A stretch of 64,000 nt of DNA, taken from the IMG/VR virus record IMGVR_UViG_3300020456_000005; one strand, 5' to 3'. The notes under the pieces were generated by a model. It was not told where the DNA came from. It was given only the letters and a program-made list of their open reading frames with translations, and searched no databases. This stretch comes from a virus. The position numbers and the translations under genes were made by a program. Of the stretch, positions 10,401-18,792 are shown piece by piece. Each line of letters opens with the position of its first letter. Positions within the stretch are counted from its first letter, which is position 1.

Positions 10401-12984
10401 TATTACAACACCACCAACAATCGCGATTGATTCTACTACTAGTGATGGTACATTCCTTAATGTTACTACAGTTAATGATCATGGATTTGCTGTTGGAGAT
10501 GCCGTTACTATTGCTTTAACAAATACTTTTGATGGTACGTATACAGTATTAGAAGATGGTTTCTCTAATAATCAAGTTAGATTACAACCTCAAAATCCTA
10601 TTGGTGCTCAAACTGTTTCTGGAGGAACAATTAGAGAAGCTGGTGGATATATTGTAGAAAGTGAAGTTCAAAGCGAACCTAAAGTTTGGGTTGTTGATAA
10701 TGTTACTACAATTGGTGGTAAAGATATTATTGCATCTGAAGCAGATCTTGGGCAAGAAATATATCAACAATCTATTAATAGTGGGTCATTAAGTGTTCCT
10801 GCACGCCCTAACAATTCAAGTACAGTAAGTGGTTATGAAGTAACTTTACTAGCTCCTGGTGGTGGAGGAGGTGGATCCTTCGGTAATGGTGGTAATGGTG
10901 GAAGTGCAAGTGCAACTCTCACAGTTGATGGCATTAACTATACCATTACTGCTGGTGGTGGTCAAGGTGGTTCTTCTGGCAACGGTGGCGGTGGAGCAGG
11001 TGGGGGAGGAAATTATTCTATTCCTGCTGCTCTGTTAAATGATGATAGATTTAGTTTTGAAGTAACAGAAAATGGATCTTCTGGATCTGGTACAAGTGGT
11101 GGACAAGGTGGCGGTGCCGCAGGTGGTGCTGGTGGTGATGAAGACAGCAGCATATCATCCAGTACCAGTAGATATTTTAGCAGTAGCGATTCATTTAATC
11201 CTGCATCTGTAGTTCCTAGTGGTGGTTCTTTAACAAGCGTATATGCAGACATATCTGGTGGTGGTGGAGGTAATGGACCTGGTAATGGTCAGGCAGGTTG
11301 TGGTACAACTGGTGGTACTGGATCTCCTGGTAGAAGAGTAACTGGAACCATAGCTTCAGTAGGAAATTTAAATTTTATAATTGGTCAAAGAGGTAATCAA
11401 GGAAACAATATTTACGGTGGATCGCAGACAGAATCTACAACTTCAGGAGGCGGCGGGCGAGCTAATGGTGGTACTGGTGGCCGCGGCGCATGGGGTAACG
11501 GTGGATCTGGTGGTGGTGGCGGTGGCGCTACTTCACTTTCTGCTGGTGTCGGTAACCTAATGGGTGCTGGCGGCGGTGGAGGCGGCGGCGGTAACGGTGG
11601 TGGAAACAATGGTGGTTCTGTCACTGACCCATGTTGGACTGGTGGCGGTGGTCTTGGACCAGCACAAGGACTTTATGCATCAGCTTCTATTGGTTTCTCT
11701 AATGGTGGTGCTGGTAGTGCTTCTGGTTGTACTGCTGGTGGAGGCGGTGGAGGCGGTGCTGGTGCTGGTCCTAATGGCGGTGGTAATGGCGGTTTAGGCG
11801 GTCAAGCTGGTGCTGGTCACGTCAACACTGGTTCTGGATCGGGTGGTTATGCAGGTAGATCTGCTGTGAATAGTAATTATGTTTCTGGTTATTCTGAATC
11901 TTCTGGTTCTAGTGGTAATGGATATGTTAGTCTTACAATTAACTATACCCAACCAGTTGATAACCCAGATGGTGGTGGCGGTGGATCAGGATCTCAAGTA
12001 TATTTCAAATATACAGGTGATCCTACTGCTATTGCTTGTTCAATTGGAAATGCTGGTGGTGCTGGCAGCGGCGGTGGTAACGGTGGAAGTGCTGGAACCA
12101 TTACAGTATCTGTATATGAAACAATTGAAGGTGATGACAATGTAATTGGAACTACATCTCCAGCAGGAAGATATTATGAAGTTTCCAATTGGCCATCAAA
12201 TACACCAAACTACTCAGGAACTCCAAAAACAGTTGGTGGTGCTATATGGCATTCTTCAAGTGCAGGAGTTAATGTAACTAGCTCAACAGGTACTAATTTT
12301 CCAACTGCATCAGCATTAAGTGCAAATAAAGCAACAAAATATGTGTTGTTTAGTGGTGGTGGAAGTAGATTCTTACAATTAGGACCATTTAACATGACAA
12401 ATGTGAATAAAGCAACATTTACTGTTATTAAAGGAAATAATAATAATGGTGGTGATGCTCCTGAAGAAGGACTCTTCGTATACTATAAAACTTCAGTTGA
12501 TGCAACCTCGGAAACACTATTATCACAAGTTGCTGGACCTACTGTTAGTGCAAGTGGATATGCAAATTATGAAGTTACAATTGATGATAACAATAATGTT
12601 AAAGCTAACGGAATTTATTTGATTCTTCGTCAAAATCGTCCTACAGGTACGGGAGATAATGATGCTGCAGGAACAGGAGATACTAATGATAACTGGGCAT
12701 TAGCACAATTTGGATTTAACTACAATCCTGCTATAGAGCAAAACTTTGTCCCATCAGTAGATGCTACTCTTCCTAGTAATACAGGTGATTGTGGTCCTGA
12801 TGATGGAATTGATCGTCTTAGAAGAACAGTTACTGCAGAAAAGAGTAATATGAGATTTACTGACGGACAATTCCAATTGTCTTCATCTACTCCAATATCT
12901 GTAACTGCTACAGCACGAGTACAAGAGACTATACCTCTGATTACAAGGTATCATAGATCAAAATACTTGATTAAAGCATTCTAG
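7441..12984 (+). CDS. Large multidomain tail fibre (split collar domain, PA14-like, PEBP/YbhB-like, reelin-like and Gly-rich domains)
   Basis: GYLYCDGSKYSIKDYPLLYESLG ... EFRVPDYR collar halves, long Gly-rich tract at about 10850-12100, C-terminal SKYLIKAF. Confidence 0.8.
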   Translation: MANYRSTLPNFYSDKGGSYVQIGAIVPVLVDSNSDPTNNLPTQDPHYSHRGYLYCDGSKYSIKDYPLLYESLGNEYLQRSGANGNERLSANAIIQTESGPPGTVHRTFVNGGNVYAEIYGTKTTAPDGTVTYDRVIPSNATLSFRQLGDFPGSRTWRKATAPYNNLWSEFMKSYSVYPSTTDPLFDIDHTWTGGTVNIPTTGNYKIQYATDNAGSVTFNGTVYSSGSSFTEGTINTVDLGNVSAGSYPISLLVNNGSGTGGTTFLQNPGGIAVRIYNDATNVDVWATTSDVANTSSQGVVQENKEYRLIYASFYQSLAQRSDTHVYRVLVNYDPNDTTTGTPGATVTWSISSSSILASPDPLNTLAIAHYGTVPAIAPGTYDPLTGQGYPTGYEQYEDAGARNDTMQISWGNLFGMPAGVSVDTYEIYLEDLSVQTSVLWNIKNIPASKTGMSVNEPLPTGATKLPNTVEQTSIGSGPDWVNNGYSGPQPPAGEKHKYRLHVIANLTNQQTLITHMDFAAGSGQLIPDYNRAPAYTDNYDITGTGSGVTGGSLDIVIGSLTNQPVIRIRKGYELSDYPYILGEFRVPDYRDRKLIGYGEGIEGSGSPLVGDRITMRVGDIGGQWYIPTTELETPQEFYEISDVVTTGYNDVVADITSYAIGEKTYRVGPTEDYIFARPASHNHYILGSIVLERSLATLGGVDTYTTQYTNYNGSVLEFVPGGPSGDGGAIGHSHGLQGSRPSNATIATYGNVEGIGEKKQTNVLPDKTWAVDDPAFTSTITDYNDTWQTEWGNGRGELGGFANPGLDQDNYIRFSSLGTSPQSTLANDRGVTFTIDMSNYTKFYVLAIVGNDSNGGERPNQPTEGLRIIWPNGVEEDILPSRGGSGLSFNEYDAAYAFWKKQIVDIPPQYRTSNVSITLKQDLEVPATTWQEYSRETSESLGFDSETGWNDVGALHPNGLDSIGVAQVGLMGGTQPGVVWDGCYNYSITTPPTIAIDSTTSDGTFLNVTTVNDHGFAVGDAVTIALTNTFDGTYTVLEDGFSNNQVRLQPQNPIGAQTVSGGTIREAGGYIVESEVQSEPKVWVVDNVTTIGGKDIIASEADLGQEIYQQSINSGSLSVPARPNNSSTVSGYEVTLLAPGGGGGGSFGNGGNGGSASATLTVDGINYTITAGGGQGGSSGNGGGGAGGGGNYSIPAALLNDDRFSFEVTENGSSGSGTSGGQGGGAAGGAGGDEDSSISSSTSRYFSSSDSFNPASVVPSGGSLTSVYADISGGGGGNGPGNGQAGCGTTGGTGSPGRRVTGTIASVGNLNFIIGQRGNQGNNIYGGSQTESTTSGGGGRANGGTGGRGAWGNGGSGGGGGGATSLSAGVGNLMGAGGGGGGGGNGGGNNGGSVTDPCWTGGGGLGPAQGLYASASIGFSNGGAGSASGCTAGGGGGGGAGAGPNGGGNGGLGGQAGAGHVNTGSGSGGYAGRSAVNSNYVSGYSESSGSSGNGYVSLTINYTQPVDNPDGGGGGSGSQVYFKYTGDPTAIACSIGNAGGAGSGGGNGGSAGTITVSVYETIEGDDNVIGTTSPAGRYYEVSNWPSNTPNYSGTPKTVGGAIWHSSSAGVNVTSSTGTNFPTASALSANKATKYVLFSGGGSRFLQLGPFNMTNVNKATFTVIKGNNNNGGDAPEEGLFVYYKTSVDATSETLLSQVAGPTVSASGYANYEVTIDDNNNVKANGIYLILRQNRPTGTGDNDAAGTGDTNDNWALAQFGFNYNPAIEQNFVPSVDATLPSNTGDCGPDDGIDRLRRTVTAEKSNMRFTDGQFQLSSSTPISVTATARVQETIPLITRYHRSKYLIKAF

Positions 12985-12991
12985 ATAAATA
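12985..12991 (+). promoter_or_regulatory. T4-type late promoter ATAAATA
   Basis: Lies immediately after the fibre stop codon and 25 nt before ATG 13016. Confidence 0.65.
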
Positions 12992-13015
12992 CTTCATGCA
13001 CTCAAGATTATCCAA

Positions 13016-13957
13016 ATGTCAAAAGCTTTATTGACTTTGAATGCCTTTGATAAGACGATTAATTATAAAGGTATTTCAAAAACTATTAATGATGATTATT
13101 GGGAGAGAGAAATTGCTCCCATTATCACACCTGTGTGGGATACTCCTAGGGACAGATTAGAATTATTTGTATACAAAGAGGATAAAACCTGTTTGGTGCA
13201 AAGAAATAAGTATGTAAGAAACTTTAAGACTAACAGTGGTAAGTGGGTATCTTACGAGTTTGATCCACAAGCAATTAACGATCTTGCAACAGTTGAAGAT
13301 TTATTCAACAGTGTGTCAGAGAAGTTCATTGAATATAAAGAAATTGGTGAGGAAGAGTACGAAAGAGCACTTCAACAAAAGTTTAGAGCAGATGCTTCAT
13401 TAAACTGGGATAAGGTGAAGTTAGTTAGAAAATTCTTATTAGATGAAAGTGATTGGACTCAAGTAGAAGATGCACCAATAACAGCAGAAGAAAAAGTTTT
13501 ATATCAAAAGTATAGAACATATCTACGTGAATTGTTCAATCAAAATCAGGTAGAATTACCACATGATGTATGCTTCCCAATTACTCCTAAAGAATACTTA
13601 CATAGAAAGACATTAGATATCCCAGCAGTCAATGTTGAGGCACTTGGTGATCAGGGTGTTAATGAGGAGTATTTGTTCAGTGACTTTCATTTTTGGAAAC
13701 TAACATCTCCTGCTGTCAATAGTTTTGCACAAAAACTAGCACTTTATATGACATTGAAGTCTATATTAGATGAAGACTCTAAAGTATCTGGTGTAAGACC
13801 AGTCAGAAAATTCAGGCATCAAACTATAAACTTGAATCATGAAGATGATACTCTTAGAGAGAAGACTATAGATGAGGTAGGTGCATCTCATCCTAATACA
13901 TCTGCAGAAGCATATATTAAAGCTTTAATAACAAGAATTGAAAACGGAGAAATCTGA
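13016..13957 (+). CDS. Phage tail (fibre) assembly chaperone-like protein
   Basis: VRKFLLDESDWTQVEDAP..YQKYRTYLREL matches the R..LL..SDWTQ..D.P..W/Y..YR..LRD chaperone motif; follows the fibre genes. Confidence 0.7.
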   Translation: MSKALLTLNAFDKTINYKGISKTINDDYWEREIAPIITPVWDTPRDRLELFVYKEDKTCLVQRNKYVRNFKTNSGKWVSYEFDPQAINDLATVEDLFNSVSEKFIEYKEIGEEEYERALQQKFRADASLNWDKVKLVRKFLLDESDWTQVEDAPITAEEKVLYQKYRTYLRELFNQNQVELPHDVCFPITPKEYLHRKTLDIPAVNVEALGDQGVNEEYLFSDFHFWKLTSPAVNSFAQKLALYMTLKSILDEDSKVSGVRPVRKFRHQTINLNHEDDTLREKTIDEVGASHPNTSAEAYIKALITRIENGEI

Positions 13958-14313
13958 TGTTAGTATCAATGAACCCAGAGAGACTATATGAATTAGTCTC
14001 ATACTATGCGAAAGCAGAAAACAAGTACATTCTAGTCATTGATAACACTGACTGGTGCTATCTCTCATCCGAGAAACAACAAGAGGTTTTAAACTTCTAC
14101 GATGATGATATCATTGATGAGGATGAAGTACAAGAGATATTCTCAAATACATTAACATTCTATAAATTTGACACACAAACAGTTGCTATTGATACTGCAC
14201 GTAGTTGGTTTCCTTTGCTAAAAGAATTAGAAGATACCGATTACTTTGTTGAAGCATATGTGGTAACACCAACAGGAGCTATTCCATATACAAACAAAGT
14301 TGCTGCTTCATGA
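13957..14313 (+). CDS. Hypothetical acidic protein
   Basis: 118-aa ORF whose start overlaps the upstream stop (TGATG). Confidence 0.75.
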   Translation: MLVSMNPERLYELVSYYAKAENKYILVIDNTDWCYLSSEKQQEVLNFYDDDIIDEDEVQEIFSNTLTFYKFDTQTVAIDTARSWFPLLKELEDTDYFVEAYVVTPTGAIPYTNKVAAS

Positions 14314-14340
14314 TATAATATAATTACATTTTGATGTGAA

Positions 14341-14973
14341 ATGAGTCTACAGTATAACAGTCAGTTCTTTAGTTTTAGAAGAACTACCATTCCGAAACAA
14401 TTAATGGAGGATCTAGAGAGTCATCTAGCATCTTCTAATTTAGAATTTTTTTCTGCTAGAGTAGCTGGATCAAACTCTCCTGAAGAGGATATGTCTGCAT
14501 ATCTCTCCGATAAAAGAAAGTGTAAAGCAGCAGTTATTGAGAATGAAGATGTCATGAAATTCATCTTCGCTCAATTTAATGAAGTAAATCCTGCTACTGA
14601 TATTTGGCAATTTGATCTCTCATTCTTTGAGAACATTCAATATTTGAGATATGAGAGCTCTAAAGAAAGCTTTTCTTATAGTGAACATGATCATTTTGAT
14701 TGGCATAATGATATGATGATGAGTGATGATAAAGTCAATTTAATGACACGAAAATTATCAATGACATTAATGCTCAGTCATAAAGAAGATTACACTGGTG
14801 GTGAGTTTGAATTTGCAAGTGTTCGTGCTGGTAAAATCAATACAAAAGAGATTAGTTTAGATTACGGTGATATATTAATATTTCCATCAATTATGGAGCA
14901 TAGAGTAAAACCAGTTACAAGTGGTGTTAGAAATGTATTAGTAGCGTGGGCATGGGGACCAATGTTTAAATGA
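14341..14973 (+). CDS. 2OG-Fe(II) oxygenase (PKHD/prolyl-hydroxylase type)
   Basis: FDWHND..RKLSMTLML..YTGGEF..IFPS..HRVKPVTSGVRNVLVAW: HxD...H...R signature. Confidence 0.9.
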   Translation: MSLQYNSQFFSFRRTTIPKQLMEDLESHLASSNLEFFSARVAGSNSPEEDMSAYLSDKRKCKAAVIENEDVMKFIFAQFNEVNPATDIWQFDLSFFENIQYLRYESSKESFSYSEHDHFDWHNDMMMSDDKVNLMTRKLSMTLMLSHKEDYTGGEFEFASVRAGKINTKEISLDYGDILIFPSIMEHRVKPVTSGVRNVLVAWAWGPMFK

Positions 14974-15152
14974 ATGTACCAACACATCATGAACTTATGC
15001 ATATGCAACTGCAAGCAATGCTAAGAGAAAACTCTTTTCCTGAGGAAGAACTCAAATATCTAGGATTTGAGGATGGAGAGCACTGGTATCTCATTGCAGG
15101 AGAGCATAGAGTACCTGTATCTCAATTGGAAGGAATTGATCCAGTTGATTAA
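14970..15152 (+). CDS. Small hypothetical protein
   Basis: 60-aa ORF with ATGA overlap. Confidence 0.7.
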   Translation: MNVPTHHELMHMQLQAMLRENSFPEEELKYLGFEDGEHWYLIAGEHRVPVSQLEGIDPVD

Positions 15153-15195
15153 GTGTCACATACCTCTTGACAGACTCTTATGACAGTGCCATACT
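15138..15195 (+). promoter_or_regulatory. Early promoter: upstream palindrome + TTGACA-17-CATACT
   Basis: gatCCAGTTgattAAGTGTCACA (15138-15160), TTGACA 15167-72, extended -10 TGcCATACT ending 15195. Confidence 0.8.
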
Positions 15196-15219
15196 ACACG
15201 AGTCGTTCAAACAACCACT

Positions 15220-15420
15220 ATGACATCACGCCCCGAAACTCTTCTGTCACGTGCAGATTACGTTGAGGATATTAAGATCCGTTGGCAGATCCACCAGTAT
15301 GAGTGGAATAAACTCTGTGAGGATCTTAATCAGGCATATGAGTACCTGATCCCTTTCTTCAAGAAGTATCGTGACTATGCAGTCACTGCCTATCAAAAAG
15401 AATTTGGGACAAGTAAATAA
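15220..15420 (+). CDS. Small hypothetical early protein
   Basis: 66-aa ORF directly behind the promoter. Confidence 0.75.
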   Translation: MTSRPETLLSRADYVEDIKIRWQIHQYEWNKLCEDLNQAYEYLIPFFKKYRDYAVTAYQKEFGTSK

Positions 15421-15425
15421 TTATC

Positions 15426-15461
15426 AAGGGGGTTGCAAACCCCCTTTTTTCATGCTATCAT
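15426..15461 (+). terminator. Intrinsic terminator overlapping a sigma70 promoter
   Basis: AAGGGGGTT-GCA-AACCCCCTT followed by a T run. TTGCAA (15433-38) lies across the loop and TATCAT (15456-61) is 17 nt downstream. Confidence 0.8.
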
Positions 15462-15482
15462 GACTCCATACACATCTGATTC

Positions 15483-16037
15483 ATGTTTGATTCCATTTTT
15501 GCTGACGGTAGTCTCCGCGACTACATCAATAATAATTTGAATGATCCTTGGATTGGAACACCCTTTGAGGGTTATGTGTTCATGTCACCCAAACAAAAGG
15601 GTGAGTTTGGTGAACGCTTTGTGTCCAAGTATATGGAAGAGTTTTTACTCTCAGAAGTTAAACGTGCCAAGACTTCTACGGCAGGACATGATCGTGTGAT
15701 TGATAGTATCCTCACAGAGATCAAGTTCGCGCTCGCTACTCGCAATAAAAAGGGTGGAGTTGTGGTTGATAAGTTCATTATTAATCATGTTTCCGTGTGT
15801 AAGGATTGGGAACGTCTTATCTTCTGCGGAATTAATCCTGATGAAAAGGATATTCGTATCTTTTATATCACTAAGCAGAACTTTGAAGAGCATCTTAAGA
15901 GCGATGATTGCTTGTTTAATGTGCAACAAGGCGGACAAAATGGTGGCAATGATGATTATATCTGCACCAATGTCGCAGCATTGTTACAGAGTGACATAGT
16001 TTCGCCAATTGTCAAGTGGTCCGCATGCCAGTTGTGA
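15483..16037 (+). CDS. Putative PD-(D/E)XK (restriction-endonuclease-like) nuclease
   Basis: KQKGEFGERFV...GHDRVIDSILTEIKFA: E...D...EIK catalytic pattern. Confidence 0.65.
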   Translation: MFDSIFADGSLRDYINNNLNDPWIGTPFEGYVFMSPKQKGEFGERFVSKYMEEFLLSEVKRAKTSTAGHDRVIDSILTEIKFALATRNKKGGVVVDKFIINHVSVCKDWERLIFCGINPDEKDIRIFYITKQNFEEHLKSDDCLFNVQQGGQNGGNDDYICTNVAALLQSDIVSPIVKWSACQL

Positions 16038-16082
16038 ATCTGTCACACTGACCTCTGGCACCACACTCTAATGCCCTATAAT
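16026..16082 (+). promoter_or_regulatory. Early promoter with palindrome
   Basis: TGCCAGTTgtgaATCTGTCACA (16026-47), TATAAT 16077-82. A second degenerate copy lies at 16004-16022. Confidence 0.75.
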
Positions 16083-16104
16083 TATTCCATAAGCAAGGCA
16101 CCCA

Positions 16105-16347
16105 ATGCAACTCCTCACCCCTGCCACACAGATTGATTATTTCCCTGTCGGCACTGGTAAGCGTTATGTTAAGCGTGTCATCTGGCACCCTACTGAGAAT
16201 GAGTATCAAGGTTGTGTCTCATTCTCTACTCGCACCAAGTCTGATATGGTGTATGATGTAAACAACTACGTCGCTAATGGTGCTGAGATTACTGACTTCA
16301 ACCTTGAACCATACTCTGGTTCTGATTACTCCCCTGTCTACTGCTGA
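16105..16347 (+). CDS. Hypothetical early protein
   Basis: 80-aa ORF behind the promoter. Confidence 0.75.
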   Translation: MQLLTPATQIDYFPVGTGKRYVKRVIWHPTENEYQGCVSFSTRTKSDMVYDVNNYVANGAEITDFNLEPYSGSDYSPVYC

Positions 16348-16349
16348 TC

Positions 16350-16496
16350 ATGTTCACTAAAGAAGACACCGACTTCATTGATATGTTGTTTGGTAAACTC
16401 ACTAGTTTGGATACAGACATGATTGATCTTCATGATTCTGATTGTTGTGATGATCATTTACAATTAGAACTACTCAATGATGGAACTACCAACTGA
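16350..16496 (+). CDS. Small acidic hypothetical protein (48 aa, not in ORF track)
   Basis: MFTKEDTDFIDMLFGKL...; fills the gap between neighbours. Confidence 0.6.
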   Translation: MFTKEDTDFIDMLFGKLTSLDTDMIDLHDSDCCDDHLQLELLNDGTTN

Positions 16497-16776
16497 TTTT
16501 ATTCATCAACCACCCAAAGGATATACCTATGAAGTTCAATCGTTCAAGCGTAACATTTATAGTATTTGGTGTTGCAATCATGCTCAATTCGTTTACAACG
16601 ATGGTGCTGTTTCAAAGACTATCTGGGGATTCTATGACTCAAAGAAGCGACAGTATCACTCACCAATCAACTCTAAGAAAGCAGGAAAGGTGATAGATAT
16701 AAGTAAGACAACACCATACACTGCTATGCAGATTGTCAAACCTATGAGACCTACGATTGCTAACTTCTATGAGTAA
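16477..16776 (+). CDS. Cyanophage hypothetical protein
   Basis: 99-aa ORF, TIWGFY..YHSPINSKK..TTPYTAMQ. Confidence 0.75.
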   Translation: MMELPTDFIHQPPKGYTYEVQSFKRNIYSIWCCNHAQFVYNDGAVSKTIWGFYDSKKRQYHSPINSKKAGKVIDISKTTPYTAMQIVKPMRPTIANFYE

Positions 16777-16921
16777 GAAAAAAGACTACGATGGACCACT
16801 TTATGCTCCTTGGCATAAGGTAGAAGAGTTTAAAAAAACTAGACCTACATATGTTGATCATCTAACTGGAAAGACTTCGTATCCTCCAGCATTTAAGCGA
16901 GATAGTAAATTATCTGATTAA
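16769..16921 (+). CDS. Small hypothetical protein (50 aa, not in ORF track)
   Basis: MSKKKDYDGPLYAPWHKV...; overlaps the upstream stop. Confidence 0.6.
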   Translation: MSKKKDYDGPLYAPWHKVEEFKKTRPTYVDHLTGKTSYPPAFKRDSKLSD

Positions 16922-16935
16922 CTGAAAACCTTACA

Positions 16936-17139
16936 ATGTATGAGATTATGTCCGAGATTTATGACTTGAAAAAACAGAAACGGAAGGACGCTTTCCATAT
17001 TTTTTATGAGAGCGTCCTTAAACCAGATGTAGAACTGCGTCAATATGCTCATGATGAGGAATGTTATCATGAATTGATGGAGTGGCGCAATGATATTCTA
17101 AGTTACCTTGATCAACGTCGTCAGCAAGAGTTTCAATGA
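16936..17139 (+). CDS. Hypothetical protein
   Basis: 67-aa ORF in operon-like packing. Confidence 0.7.
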   Translation: MYEIMSEIYDLKKQKRKDAFHIFYESVLKPDVELRQYAHDEECYHELMEWRNDILSYLDQRRQQEFQ

Positions 17140-17528
17140 ACGATCTTATCCAAGACTATTGGTCATCACCATCATCTGAGCGCCCTAATCTAGGACCTGA
17201 TATGACATATGATAAGCAACGTAAACTAAGAATGCAGGATGCAATTGATGATTACCTGCAAGATCCAGATGTTGATGCACGTAGGTGTTACGAAGAGATG
17301 CTTTCATGTGTAGAAGATGTAATCAAATACCATAAGAAAGAACTTAATAAAGCATCTGAATTGTACAATCTCATGCTAGGCAATAGAAGGTATGATATGA
17401 ATAAACCTGCTAAACCTGCATCAGTTGGAAGTACAACAAATAATGAAGATGGTACAAAATCATATGGATATGCTGCTAGTGTAACCATGTCAGACATTTA
17501 CAAATTTCAAAGAGGTAATTCATTGTAA
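17136..17528 (+). CDS. Hypothetical protein
   Basis: 130-aa ORF with ATGA overlap. Confidence 0.75.
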   Translation: MNDLIQDYWSSPSSERPNLGPDMTYDKQRKLRMQDAIDDYLQDPDVDARRCYEEMLSCVEDVIKYHKKELNKASELYNLMLGNRRYDMNKPAKPASVGSTTNNEDGTKSYGYAASVTMSDIYKFQRGNSL

Positions 17529-17686
17529 TGAAGATTAAACTTGAATTGACACCTGATCAAGTCAGGTATTTACTTGATATCATGTGGGGATGTGAACCAG
17601 AACTTAAACTTGCTTCACGTCATGGTATCAGTGATGTTTATCTTGAACGATACTTGGCATCTAGTCTACAAGTAAAGGACACTTGA
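17528..17686 (+). CDS. Small hypothetical protein (52 aa, not in ORF track)
   Basis: MKIKLELTPDQVRYLLDIM...; TAATG overlap. Confidence 0.6.
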   Translation: MKIKLELTPDQVRYLLDIMWGCEPELKLASRHGISDVYLERYLASSLQVKDT

Positions 17687-17732
17687 TGAACTGACCACTG
17701 TGGTGGCACAGGGCATGGAAACCATGTATATT
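17677..17732 (+). promoter_or_regulatory. Early promoter with palindrome
   Basis: GGACACTTgatgAACTGACCAC (17677-98), TGGCAC-17-TATATT (17727-32). Confidence 0.7.
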
Positions 17733-17755
17733 AAGAGGGTCAAAGGAACGCTCTC

Positions 17756-18007
17756 ATGACCATCCAAACCGTCAAGCACTGCTTCTACAAGATTGAGATT
17801 GACACTGTTGATGCTCCGCAGCACCCCATCGTATACTTCCGCAAGTGTGGCAAGTGTACGACTGCTAAAGGTGCTGATCGCCAGCACAACCGCATTGTGA
17901 ACGAGACTGTTGATGCTTGGCGTCAATTCTCTCAGCAGATCCGTCGCTACACCATCTCTCGTGTGCCAGCTGACGTAGTGGTACAAGGCGACATCCGCAC
18001 TGCCTGA
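17756..18007 (+). CDS. Hypothetical basic early protein
   Basis: 83 aa with AAGGA SD and C-ending codons. Confidence 0.75.
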   Translation: MTIQTVKHCFYKIEIDTVDAPQHPIVYFRKCGKCTTAKGADRQHNRIVNETVDAWRQFSQQIRRYTISRVPADVVVQGDIRTA

Positions 18008-18020
18008 TCTGCCCTATAAT
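17961..18020 (+). promoter_or_regulatory. Early promoter with palindrome (inside 3' end of upstream CDS)
   Basis: GTGTGCCAGCTgacgTAGTGGTACA (17961-85), TGCCC-TATAAT 18015-20. Confidence 0.75.
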
Positions 18021-18044
18021 AAGTTCATCAACACAAGACACCAC

Positions 18045-18485
18045 ATGACCACTTCCTTCGCTGACTACTGTGCAACATCTGATGCTCGTGATCAGATCGC
18101 TGCTAATGTACTTGAGTGGACTCAGATGCTCTGCCTTTCTCTTGAGCAGAACTTTGTTAACGAGTCTATCCGCCGTGCTCATTTCTTCTCTGCAAGCGGC
18201 GACAACACAGAATACTGGGAGAACCGTATTGCTGAGTACAAAGAAGGCAAAGATCTGTACAAGTTCACCATCAACACTGGTCGTAAGTACCACAAGATCA
18301 TCATGATTGATACTAGTGGTTCTGAGAGTGTTCATGCATTTGTGGACAAGAAGACTGGTGAACTGTATAAAGCAGCATCATTCAAAGCACCTGCTAAGGG
18401 TGTTCGCTTTGATCTCCGCATCATCAAAGAGCGTGAGTTCGTGTTAGAGAATGCTGACTGGGCAGGTGGTTACCTGTACAAGTGA
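18045..18485 (+). CDS. Phage hypothetical early protein
   Basis: GRKYHKI..SVHAFVDKKTGELYKAASFKAPAKGVRF, a motif I recognise as widespread in phage early proteins. Confidence 0.8.
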   Translation: MTTSFADYCATSDARDQIAANVLEWTQMLCLSLEQNFVNESIRRAHFFSASGDNTEYWENRIAEYKEGKDLYKFTINTGRKYHKIIMIDTSGSESVHAFVDKKTGELYKAASFKAPAKGVRFDLRIIKEREFVLENADWAGGYLYK

Positions 18486-18488
18486 TGA

Positions 18489-18517
18489 TTGACAAATACA
18501 TAATTCTCGTATACACT
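18489..18517 (+). promoter_or_regulatory. sigma70-type promoter without upstream palindrome
   Basis: TTGACA-17-TACACT. Confidence 0.7.
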
Positions 18518-18549
18518 AAACTTGTTCACTCTTTTCCCCTTTTAAACTC

Positions 18550-18792
18550 ATGACTGTTCCAGCATACTACATTGTAGCAGATGGCAATGCTTATGGTATA
18601 GAAGATGATGGTTATATGTTTGGCGCTCCTGTAAAGATGGATGGTACTCCCGATTGGGATTGTGCCTACGACTTTGACTTTGAGCGTGGTATGGATGAAG
18701 AAGACGCAGAATATGTTATTCATATCTGCAATTTGCTTAAGCAAGCGTTTGACCTTACAAAAGAATACAATCAGGAGGTGTTTGTAAAATGA
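18550..18792 (+). CDS. Hypothetical acidic protein
   Basis: 80-aa ORF behind the promoter. Confidence 0.7.
   Translation: MTVPAYYIVADGNAYGIEDDGYMFGAPVKMDGTPDWDCAYDFDFERGMDEEDAEYVIHICNLLKQAFDLTKEYNQEVFVK

Noticed and set aside
10850-12100. GGT/GGC-rich low-complexity tract as a DNA repeat element or collagen
   Set aside because: It is explained by the glycine-rich fibre domain and lacks Gly-X-Y periodicity.
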